Shown one piece after another: positions 10,977-19,262 of a stretch of DNA of 64,000 nt. Both the position numbers and the translations under genes were made by a program. The stretch is from assembly GCA_963422375.2 (NCBI GenBank), contig CAXXKD010000001.1, positions 192,001-256,000 of the forward strand, given 5' to 3'. Origin of the DNA: Bryobacterales bacterium (lineage in GTDB: Bacteria > Acidobacteriota > Terriglobia > Bryobacterales > UBA6623). Under the pieces are notes generated by a model that saw only the letters and a program-made list of their open reading frames with translations, did not search any database and had not been told where the DNA came from. Positions within the stretch are counted from its first letter, which is position 1; the number at the start of each line of letters is the position of its first letter.

Positions 10977-12506
10977 ATGCCCTCTGCGACCCCTGCGGCC
11001 GGCGCGACGGTCGCGGCGCTGCTGGCCCCGCACGACGCCGGATCGCCCGCGCTGCTGGACGAGAGCGGGGCGGCGACCACCTACGGGCAGCTGCGCGCGC
11101 AGGTCGAGGCGACCGGCGAGACGCTGCGCCGCCGCGGCGTCCGACCGGGCGAGGCAGTCGCCCTGGCCTTGGGGAACGGCCCCCGCATGGCCGCGGCCTT
11201 CGTCTCCGTGTCCGCCTGCGCGGCGGCGGCCCCGCTCCATCCGGGACTGGGCGAGCGCGAGTTCCGCGAGAGCTTGGAGAGCCTGCGGGCGAAGGCCCTG
11301 ATCGTCGAGGCCGGCACGGGCCGGGCCGCGGCGCGCGCCGCAGCTGATCTGCGGATCCCCGTACTGGAGATGGAGGGGACGGGCCGGGGTGCCCTCTTCC
11401 GGCTGGACTCCGGCCCGGCCGCGCGCCCGGGCGGCGCCCGGGCGGCGGGCAGAGAGGATCCGGCGCTGCTGCTGCACACGTCGGGGACGACGGCCCGCCC
11501 CAAGCTGGTGCCGCTCGCGCACGCCAACCTGGCCGCGTCGGCTCGCAACATCGCCGCGACCCTGCGCCTGGGGCCCGGCGACACCTGCCTTAACGTCATG
11601 CCGCTGTTTCATATCCACGGCCTGATGGGCGCCCTGCTGGCCTCGCTGAGCGCCGGCGCGGCGGTGGCCGCGATGCCCGGATTCCGGGCCCTGCGCTTCT
11701 TCAGGTGGCTCGAGAATCTCCGCCCGACTTGGTACACAGCCGTGCCGACGGTCCACCAGGCGGTTCTGCAACGGGCGGCCCGGAACCCGGGCGCCCGCCC
11801 GCCCGCCCGGCTGCGGCTGATCCGGTCGTCCTCGGCGGCCCTGCCGCCGGCTGTCCTGGGCGCGCTGGAGCAGCGGTTCGGCTGCCCGGTCATCGAGTCC
11901 TACGGCATGACCGAGGCCGCGCACCAGATGGCGAGCAACCCGCTGCCCCCGCGGATGCGCAAGGCCGGGAGCGTGGGGCCGGCCGCCGGGCCGGAGATGG
12001 CCGTCCTAGGCGCCTCCGGCGAGCCGCTGCCGGCGGGCGGGACGGGCGAACTGGCGATTCGCGGCCCGAACGTCATGACGGGCTACGCCGACAACCCCGA
12101 GGCCAACGCGCGGGCCTTCTGCAACGGCTGGTTCCGTACCGGGGACCAAGGGTTCCGCGACGCGGACGGCTACTACACAATTACCGGGCGGCTCAAGGAG
12201 CTCATCAATCGGGGCGGGGAGAAGATCTCTCCCCGCGAGGTTGACGAAGCGCTGCTGGAGCATCCGGCGGTGTCTCAGGCCGTGGCCTTCGCCGTCCCGC
12301 ACGGCATGCTGGGCGAGGACGTGGCGGCCGCGGTCGTGCTGCAGGACGGAATGCGCCTGACGCAGCGCCAGTTGCGGGAGTTCGCTGCCGAGCGGCTGGC
12401 CGCATACAAGGTGCCGCGCACGGTCGTGTTCGTCGATGCGATCCCGAAGGGACCGAGCGGCAAGCTGAAGCGGGTCGGGCTCGCGAGAGACCTCGGCCTG
12501 GCGTGA
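10977..12506 (+). CDS. Acyl-CoA ligase, oxalate--CoA ligase (AAE3/PCS60)-like
   Basis: HTSGTTARPKLVPL, MPLFHIHGL, YGMTEAAHQMASNPLPP, INRGGEKISP. Confidence 0.88.
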   Translation: MPSATPAAGATVAALLAPHDAGSPALLDESGAATTYGQLRAQVEATGETLRRRGVRPGEAVALALGNGPRMAAAFVSVSACAAAAPLHPGLGEREFRESLESLRAKALIVEAGTGRAAARAAADLRIPVLEMEGTGRGALFRLDSGPAARPGGARAAGREDPALLLHTSGTTARPKLVPLAHANLAASARNIAATLRLGPGDTCLNVMPLFHIHGLMGALLASLSAGAAVAAMPGFRALRFFRWLENLRPTWYTAVPTVHQAVLQRAARNPGARPPARLRLIRSSSAALPPAVLGALEQRFGCPVIESYGMTEAAHQMASNPLPPRMRKAGSVGPAAGPEMAVLGASGEPLPAGGTGELAIRGPNVMTGYADNPEANARAFCNGWFRTGDQGFRDADGYYTITGRLKELINRGGEKISPREVDEALLEHPAVSQAVAFAVPHGMLGEDVAAAVVLQDGMRLTQRQLREFAAERLAAYKVPRTVVFVDAIPKGPSGKLKRVGLARDLGLA

Positions 12507-12520
12507 CCGCGCCGCGCGGG

Positions 12521-13249
12521 TCAGGCCGCCGGTCTCTCGAATACGTCGGCGACCGTCCGCTGGATGGCCTCGGCGGCGGCCCGCGGGTCGCTCGCGTCGC
12601 GGATCGGGCGGCCGACGACGATGTGGTCCGCGCCGTTCAGGAACGCCTGCCGGACGTCGACCGTGCGCTTCTGGTCGTCGGCCCTCCGGTTCTCGACCGG
12701 CCGGATGCCTGGGCAGACCACCAGCAGGCCGCTGTCCACGCTCTGGCGCAGCCGGGCCGCCTCCAGGCCGGAGGAGATCACGCCGTCGCAGCCGATCTCG
12801 TACGCGCGCCGGGCGCGCGAAAGCACGAGTTCCTCCGGGTCGCAGCGGAAGCCGAGGTCCTCGAGATCGCCTCTGTCGAGGCTGGTCAGCGCGGTGACCG
12901 CGAGGATGCGCACGTCGCCCTTGCTCTCGCAGGCGGCCGCGAGCATGGCGTCGTTCCCGTGGACGGTGCAGCAGTCCACGCCGCGTCCCCAGAGCCGGCG
13001 CACGGCCCGCCCCACCGTGGCCGGCACGTCGAAGAACTTCAGATCGACGAACACGCGCTTGCCCGCGGAGGCGAGATGCCGGACGAGGGCGAAGTAGCGG
13101 CTGTCCATGGACAGCTCGAGGCCCAGCTTGTAGAACTCGACGCTCCCTCCCAGCGTGTCGGCCAGGTCGCGCGCCGCGGCGACGTCGGGCACGTCCAGGG
13201 CGAAGATCAGCCTCTCCCGCAGGGGCACCGGGTTGGTCGAGAGGGGCAT
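12521..13249 (-). CDS. pyrF: Orotidine-5'-phosphate decarboxylase
   Basis: LIFALD, DLKFFDVPATV, PGIRP, DDQKR, VVGRPI. Confidence 0.97.
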   Translation of the reverse strand: MPLSTNPVPLRERLIFALDVPDVAAARDLADTLGGSVEFYKLGLELSMDSRYFALVRHLASAGKRVFVDLKFFDVPATVGRAVRRLWGRGVDCCTVHGNDAMLAAACESKGDVRILAVTALTSLDRGDLEDLGFRCDPEELVLSRARRAYEIGCDGVISSGLEAARLRQSVDSGLLVVCPGIRPVENRRADDQKRTVDVRQAFLNGADHIVVGRPIRDASDPRAAAEAIQRTVADVFERPAA

Positions 13250-13304
13250 CGGAGTCTAGGCTAGCGCGAGTCCCGCGAGCGGTGCCCCGCAGTACACTGG
13301 AGCG

Positions 13305-14108
13305 GTGAAGTCCGGGCCCGCCCTTCTCGCCGGCGCGTGGCTGGCGGTCGCGCTCGGCTGCGGAGCGCCGGTCCCCCGGGCGGGCGAGCCTCTCGCGGGC
13401 TACCGGATCGTGGATCTCACGCACCCGTTCGACGAGACGACCGTGTTCTGGCCGACCGGGCGGCCCTTCCGCCACGAGCGGACCGCATGGGGCCGCCAGC
13501 CCGACGGCTACTGGTACAGCGCCTACGACCTCGCCATGAGCGAGCATTGCGGCACCCATCTCGACGCGCCGATTCATTTCGCCGAGGGTCGGCCGGCGGT
13601 CGGCGACCTGTCGCTGGAAGACCTGTCCGGCCCGCTGGCCTTGGTTGACATCGAGCGGCAGTGCGACGCGAATCCCGACTACGCTGCCCGGGTCGCCGAC
13701 CTGGAGATCCACGAGGGAGAGCACGGCAGCGTGCAGCCGGGAACGGTGGTACTGTTCCGGACCGGATGGAGCCGCCGGTGGCCGAACACGCTGGAATACC
13801 TCGGGGACGACACGCCCGGGAAGGCCGACGGGCTGCACTTTCCGGGGATCTCGCGCGAGGCGGCGCAGTGGCTCGTCGAGCGCGGCGCGGCCGCTGTCGG
13901 AATCGACACGGCCAGCATCGACCCGGGCGAATCGACGGACTTCGTCGCGCACCAAGTGCTGGCCGAGGCGTCGATCCCGATCCTGGAGAACGTCGCCAGC
14001 CTCGCTGCAGTGCCTCGAACCGGCGCCTACCTGCTGGCGTTTCCGATGAAGATCGGGCACGGTTCCGGCGCTCCCTGCCGGATCGCGGCCCTCCTTCCGC
14101 CGGCGTAG
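13305..14108 (+). CDS. Cyclase family (kynurenine formamidase-like) lipoprotein
   Basis: Lipobox ALGC; EHCGTHLDAPIHF, FPG, GIDTASID, ENV. Confidence 0.9.
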   Translation: MKSGPALLAGAWLAVALGCGAPVPRAGEPLAGYRIVDLTHPFDETTVFWPTGRPFRHERTAWGRQPDGYWYSAYDLAMSEHCGTHLDAPIHFAEGRPAVGDLSLEDLSGPLALVDIERQCDANPDYAARVADLEIHEGEHGSVQPGTVVLFRTGWSRRWPNTLEYLGDDTPGKADGLHFPGISREAAQWLVERGAAAVGIDTASIDPGESTDFVAHQVLAEASIPILENVASLAAVPRTGAYLLAFPMKIGHGSGAPCRIAALLPPA

Positions 14109-14118
14109 CCTGGCGGCA

Positions 14119-15201
14119 TCAGGCCGCTCGGGAAACGAGATCCGAGACGGGTCGGATCAGCAGCCTGTTCGACGCGGTCGCCGGCAGGGTAGTGAGCAGC
14201 ACGAAGCGCGTGCCGCTACGCGGGTCGGCCCACGCCCGCGTGCCCGTGGCGCCGCTGTGCCAGAACGTCTTGTCGGAGCAGCCGGCTCCCGCGCCCTTGC
14301 CGAGGGCGAAGCCCAGGCCCCGAGCGGTTGCCAGCCGCGGCGTGTGGTTCCGCACCATCAGCCGCGCCGTGGCGGGCTTGAGGGCGACCGCTTCGTCCGG
14401 CGCGAGGAATTCGCGGAAGAACCTCGAGACGTCGGGCGCGCTCGCGTGCGCCCCTCCCCACGGGGAGGCGAGGTTGCGCCAGTAAGGGCTGTTCCAGTCC
14501 CAGCGCTCCGCCTCGGTCTTGCCCTGGCCGCCGTGCGGCGGCCCTTGCTCCACCTGGCTGCGCTGCGTGTCTGCCAGCGCGAACCGCCCGAGGCCCAGCG
14601 CCGTGCGACGCATCCCTAGCGGCACGAACAGCTCGCGCTCGAGGAATTCGGGGAAGGGCGCGCCCGTGACTCGCTGGCAGATCTCGGCCAGCAGCAGGAT
14701 GCCCATGCTCTGGTACGAGTACTTCGTGCCCGGCTCGAACAGCAGGTCAGCGCGGATCGCCCGCTCCACGAACTCGCTCAGCGGGGCGTTGCGCTTGCGG
14801 AGCGCGACGTTTTCGGGCAGCTGGTCGGGCAGCCCGGACGCGTGGGTCAGGAGGTGCTGCACGGTCACGCGCGCCCTAGCGCCCTCGCGGAACTCCGGGA
14901 TGTAGCGACGCACCGGATCCGCTGTCCGCAGCTCGCCCCGGTCGGCCAGCAGCATCGCCCCCGCGGCCGTCATGGGCTTGGTGATCGAGGCCAGCAGGAA
15001 GATCGACTCGGCCGACTTGGCTGTCCCGAAGGATTCGCTGAACACATGGCTGCCCATGCGAATGTCAAGCGATGCGCCCGCTACCGCGCCGCTGTCGACG
15101 GCCCGCCGGATCAGATCGGTGGCACCGTCGAGGGCGTTGCGGGCAAGGACCCTCGCGACAGGTGCCGCCAATGCGCTGCCAATGAATGCGCGTCGCTCCA
15201 C
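14119..15201 (-). CDS. Serine hydrolase, beta-lactamase family, Tat-like signal
   Basis: ERRAF N-terminus; SITK (SxxK), LLTHASGL, YSYQS, HSG. Confidence 0.88.
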   Translation of the reverse strand: MERRAFIGSALAAPVARVLARNALDGATDLIRRAVDSGAVAGASLDIRMGSHVFSESFGTAKSAESIFLLASITKPMTAAGAMLLADRGELRTADPVRRYIPEFREGARARVTVQHLLTHASGLPDQLPENVALRKRNAPLSEFVERAIRADLLFEPGTKYSYQSMGILLLAEICQRVTGAPFPEFLERELFVPLGMRRTALGLGRFALADTQRSQVEQGPPHGGQGKTEAERWDWNSPYWRNLASPWGGAHASAPDVSRFFREFLAPDEAVALKPATARLMVRNHTPRLATARGLGFALGKGAGAGCSDKTFWHSGATGTRAWADPRSGTRFVLLTTLPATASNRLLIRPVSDLVSRAA

Positions 15202-15385
15202 AACGGACGGATTCTAGCAGTCCGGGCGCCCCCGGCCTCGCACCGCATCTCCGAGCCAGCGAAACCGCGTTCTGCCCGGCCGAGTTCCGCGCGGCCGGCC
15301 TCCGCGGCCAAGAGCGGGCGGGCCGGTGCATTCCGGGCTCCGCCCCTGATGGGCGCGACCGCATTGCCCGCCGGGCCGCGTGCGC

Positions 15386-17227
15386 CTACTCGAGGTCGGA
15401 TCGGATCTTGCCGATCAGGTTCGGAAGGTAGGCCCGGAACCGCCGGTCGAGGCCTGCGGGCTGCGCGGGCAGAGCGAGGATCTGAGGGAGCGAGGGCGCG
15501 GCGCGCCCGTCCATGTAGTCGAGCGCGTTGAGCGCGGCCATCGCGACGTAGACGCCGTGCCGCTCCGCGTTGGCGAGATCCGCCAGCACCGGCCGCGCCC
15601 GTGCCGCGTCCGCGTCGCTCCCGTGTCGTCCGAGCGCCTCGCCGGCCGCGACACGCACCGCGGGGTCCTTGTCGGCCAGGGCGTCGCGCAGCGGCCCGGC
15701 CAGTTCCGCGACGGCCGCTTTCCCGCGGATCACGGCGCCCGTCGCGGCCCAGTACCGCACGGCGCCATCGCGGGCCTGCAGGCCCGCTCGCAGCTCGCCC
15801 TCGTCTCCGTCGCGAGCGCCTGTCGCCACTTCCGCCATGCGCATGATACGGTCCAGCGGGTAGCGCTCGGGGTTGGCCCCCATGACGTGCGGCGCGTCCT
15901 CGCCGGACCGGGCGTGAATCGCGCTCTCCGGCAGGAACCCGAGGTCGCGGATCGACAGCGACCACTCCCGCCGGGCCCGGCGCATGCGCTCGAGCACGCC
16001 CCGGTGCGCGGGGCTCCGCGCGATGTTGCGGGTCTCGTCCGGATCCTCGTCGAGGTCGTAGAGCTCCTCGGCCGGCTTGGTCTCCCAGAAGTGCGTCCGC
16101 GGTGCGCTCAGCTTGCCCTCCCGGTAGAGCCGGTGCCAGACGGCCGTGGTCGGGGTCTGGAACATGTACTGGATGTACTGCCCGTAGATGCGGTGCGGCA
16201 TGAAGTTGCGGATGTAGATGTAGCGCTTGTCGCGGACGCTGCGCACCATGTCGTAGCGCTCGTCCATGCGGCCGCGGAAGGCGTAGGAGTACTTTCGCGG
16301 CGGCGCCTCGAAGCGGCCCGCGAAGGCGTGCCCTTGGAAATGAAGCGGTGGCTCGATCCCGGCCAGGCTGAGCACGGTGGGTGCCAGGTCGACGAATCCC
16401 ACCAAGCGGTCGCTCTCGCCTCCCTCGGCGTACTCGGCCGGGCGCAGGTCGCGGAACTTCTCCGGCACGTGCAGGATCAGCGGGACGTGCAGGCCGGAAT
16501 TGTAGGTCCAGCGCTTGCCGCGCGGCATGCCCGGCCCGTGATCGGCCCAGTAGAAGACGATCGTGTTCTCCTCGAGGCCGTCCTCGCGCAGCTCCGCCAG
16601 CACCCTGCCGGCCATCGCGTCCATCTCGGAGATCTTGTCGTGGTACTGGGCCCAGTCCTGGCGGCTCTCCGGCGTGTCGGGATGGTACGCCGGGACGCGC
16701 ACGGTCGCGGGGTCGTGGACAGCGTCGTGGGGGCGCCTGCGGATCTGCGACTCGTGAGTCACCGTGAAGTTGAACACGGCGAAGAACGGCTGGCCGGACG
16801 CCCTGTTGCGCCAGTGGGCATCGCGGCTGGACTCGTCCCAGACCTGCCCGGGCTTCTCGAGGTTGTAGTCCTCCTTGGCGTTGTTCGAGACGTAGTAGCC
16901 CGTCTCTCGCAGGTACTGGGGAAACATGCGCATTCCTCGTGGAAGCCGCGTCAGCGAGCGCATGTGCTGCGAGCCGGTCGACGGCGGGTACATGCCGCTG
17001 ATGACGGTGGTCCGCGCCGGGGCGCACACCGGGGCCGTCGACCACGCGTTGCGGTAGATCATGCCGCGCTCGCCGAGGGCGTTGAGGTTCGGCGTGGTCG
17101 CGTAGCGGTCGCCGTAGACGCCTAGGTGGGGGCCGTTGTCTTCCGAGCTGATCCACAAGATGTTCGGTTGCTCTGCGCCCGCGGGTACAACCGAGGCGAT
17201 GGCTAGGAGGAGCGCGCGGACCTGCAC
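15386..17227 (-). CDS. Secreted sulfatase with C-terminal HEAT-like repeats
   Basis: PNILWISSED, CAPARTT (CxPxR), DHG, RMDERYD, AVRYWAA/AVRVAAGEAL repeats. Confidence 0.93.
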   Translation of the reverse strand: MQVRALLLAIASVVPAGAEQPNILWISSEDNGPHLGVYGDRYATTPNLNALGERGMIYRNAWSTAPVCAPARTTVISGMYPPSTGSQHMRSLTRLPRGMRMFPQYLRETGYYVSNNAKEDYNLEKPGQVWDESSRDAHWRNRASGQPFFAVFNFTVTHESQIRRRPHDAVHDPATVRVPAYHPDTPESRQDWAQYHDKISEMDAMAGRVLAELREDGLEENTIVFYWADHGPGMPRGKRWTYNSGLHVPLILHVPEKFRDLRPAEYAEGGESDRLVGFVDLAPTVLSLAGIEPPLHFQGHAFAGRFEAPPRKYSYAFRGRMDERYDMVRSVRDKRYIYIRNFMPHRIYGQYIQYMFQTPTTAVWHRLYREGKLSAPRTHFWETKPAEELYDLDEDPDETRNIARSPAHRGVLERMRRARREWSLSIRDLGFLPESAIHARSGEDAPHVMGANPERYPLDRIMRMAEVATGARDGDEGELRAGLQARDGAVRYWAATGAVIRGKAAVAELAGPLRDALADKDPAVRVAAGEALGRHGSDADAARARPVLADLANAERHGVYVAMAALNALDYMDGRAAPSLPQILALPAQPAGLDRRFRAYLPNLIGKIRSDLE

Positions 17228-17298
17228 GCACCGAGTATACCGCCGCGGTATGAGATAGAATCTTTACTCGGCCTCCGGACTAGCCCGCAGGTGCATCC

Positions 17299-17754
17299 AT
17301 GCGTTGTCCTTTCTGTTCCCTCCCGAAGGACAAGGTGATCGACTCGCGGGCGAGCAGGGAAGGCGACTCGATCCGCCGCCGCCGGCACTGCCTGGGCTGC
17401 GGCCGCCGCTTCACGACCTACGAGCGCATCGACGACATTCAGTACGTGGTTGTCAAGAAGGACCGGCGGCGGGAGCGCTTCGACCGCAAGAAGGTGCTCG
17501 AGGGACTTCTGCGCGCCTGCGAGAAGCGACCCGTCACCATGGTGCAGATGGAGGACATGGTCAGCGCCGCGGAGGAGCTGGCGATGCAGTCGCACGACCG
17601 GGAATGCACGACGAAGAGGATCGGGGAACTGCTCATGAGCCGGCTGCGGAGGATCGACAAGCTCGCCTACATCCGGTTCGCTTCCGTGTACCGCGACTTC
17701 CAGGACTTGGACGAGTTTCTCAGGGAAATCCGGGGCCTGCGGTCGGAGCGATAG
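17299..17754 (+). CDS. nrdR: Transcriptional repressor NrdR
   Basis: MRCPFC..KVIDSR..IRRRRHC..RFTTYE, ATP cone, AYIRFASVYR. Confidence 0.97.
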   Translation: MRCPFCSLPKDKVIDSRASREGDSIRRRRHCLGCGRRFTTYERIDDIQYVVVKKDRRRERFDRKKVLEGLLRACEKRPVTMVQMEDMVSAAEELAMQSHDRECTTKRIGELLMSRLRRIDKLAYIRFASVYRDFQDLDEFLREIRGLRSER

Positions 17755-17793
17755 AGCCGCCGGCCGGCGCGGCTACGCCGGGCCGCCCGACGT

Positions 17794-19173
17794 TCACGGG
17801 CGCGCCTCGCGCCGATTCGGCAGTGCGCGAGGCGCTGGGCGCTCGTCGACGAGGAAGGCCTGGCCGCTGCCCGTCCCTTCCCACGCGTAGTAGAGGAGCA
17901 GGCCGTCCAGGACCCGGTTTCCCTCCCCGTGCGCGAACTTCGGGTTCTGGTGCCGGAGTCCGCTCTTGGCCGTCAGGGCGCGGACACGGCGCCAGTTCAC
18001 GCCGGCGGCGTCGGACGCCCATTCCTCGATGCGGTCGCCCCATCCGTACCGGTTCATTTCGCTTTCGTCGTTGGACTCGCCTTCCCCGGCGACCAGGAAC
18101 GCGCGGAACGAACCGTCCGGTCGCCGGGCGAGGCGGCCCGAGTTGAACGGATGGCCCGTCGCGGCCAGCGGCGTCCGCGTCCAGCGCCCGCCCTCCCGGC
18201 GCAAGAAGTAGAAGGTCGAAGCGTAGGGCGACTCGTCGGAGACCGGCAGCAGGAAGGAGGGCTCGCCCTCCTCGTCCAGGGCGATCGACGCCCCGGCCGA
18301 CGCGCTGCCCCCTTCGGTGTCCCAGATCAGGCAATCGCGCTGCGCCGTCGCGAAGTTCACGGGCCGGGGGATCTCCCGGCCGTCGGCGTTGAAGGTCTTG
18401 CCGCTGGCGAGATCGACGCGCAGGTAGTGCAGGTTGTGGCGGCGCGTGTAGTCGTGGAGCACCGTCCCGTAGCGCTCGCTCTTGACCGGCTCTTCGACCT
18501 TCCAGACGAATGCGACGTGCAGCGTGCGACCGTCCGCGCTGACGCGGGTGGCATGGTAGGAGCCGGCATGGGACGCCAGCGGCGACTCGTGCGGTGGTGC
18601 GTCCATATCGACGACCGGCCGGTCGGGGCGCCGCCATGTCAGCCCCGAGTCGTCGGAAACGCGGTAGGTCCAGAATCCGAGATGGCCCCCGTCCCGGAAG
18701 TATGCCAGCGTCCTGCCGCCGGCGATACGGTGGATCTGGGGATACGACACCGAGGTCGAGATCGCAGGCAGCTGCTTCCAGCGACCGATGTCGGCGGGCC
18801 TCGCCGTAGCGAGGTGGAACCCGGGCGTGCGATGAAACCCGAAAGCGACGTGCAGGCGACCGTCCCCCTCGGCCCAGACGACGGGGGAGTAGTGCTGGTC
18901 CCCGGCGAAGCGCCGGGGGTTGATCGCGATGTCCGTGCCTTCGAGCAGCATTCTGGGATCCGAGAAGCGGCGCGTCTCGAGGTCGTAGGCTCGAATCCAA
19001 GGCAGGCCCCCGCTACCTCGCCAGACGATGTACAGGCTGCCGCCGCTTTCGACCGCCTGCGGGAACATGCGGCTGTCGTACAGCATCTTCAGCGCGCCGT
19101 CCTCGGCGAATCGCACGGTCCCGGCGGGAACGAGGCAAGCGGCGAGGGCAAGGACGACAAGGAGGCGGGGCAT
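17794..19173 (-). CDS. Secreted BNR-repeat (BNR-4-like) protein
   Basis: Signal MPRLLVVLALAAC; Asp-boxes SDDSGLTW and SDAAGVNW; DQH, SYPQ. Confidence 0.75.
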   Translation of the reverse strand: MPRLLVVLALAACLVPAGTVRFAEDGALKMLYDSRMFPQAVESGGSLYIVWRGSGGLPWIRAYDLETRRFSDPRMLLEGTDIAINPRRFAGDQHYSPVVWAEGDGRLHVAFGFHRTPGFHLATARPADIGRWKQLPAISTSVSYPQIHRIAGGRTLAYFRDGGHLGFWTYRVSDDSGLTWRRPDRPVVDMDAPPHESPLASHAGSYHATRVSADGRTLHVAFVWKVEEPVKSERYGTVLHDYTRRHNLHYLRVDLASGKTFNADGREIPRPVNFATAQRDCLIWDTEGGSASAGASIALDEEGEPSFLLPVSDESPYASTFYFLRREGGRWTRTPLAATGHPFNSGRLARRPDGSFRAFLVAGEGESNDESEMNRYGWGDRIEEWASDAAGVNWRRVRALTAKSGLRHQNPKFAHGEGNRVLDGLLLYYAWEGTGSGQAFLVDERPAPRALPNRREARP

Positions 19174-19262
19174 GGACGCTACCAGAGTATTCCGCTCCGC
19201 CGTCGGGACGGAAGACCTCGGCGTCCGGCCCCTCGCAGCGGGTCCGTCGGTCCCTGCCGCGC

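Noticed and set aside
14119..15201. Antibiotic-resistance beta-lactamase
   Set aside because: Motifs fit the broad serine-hydrolase/esterase family; nothing specific to AmpC or class A enzymes.
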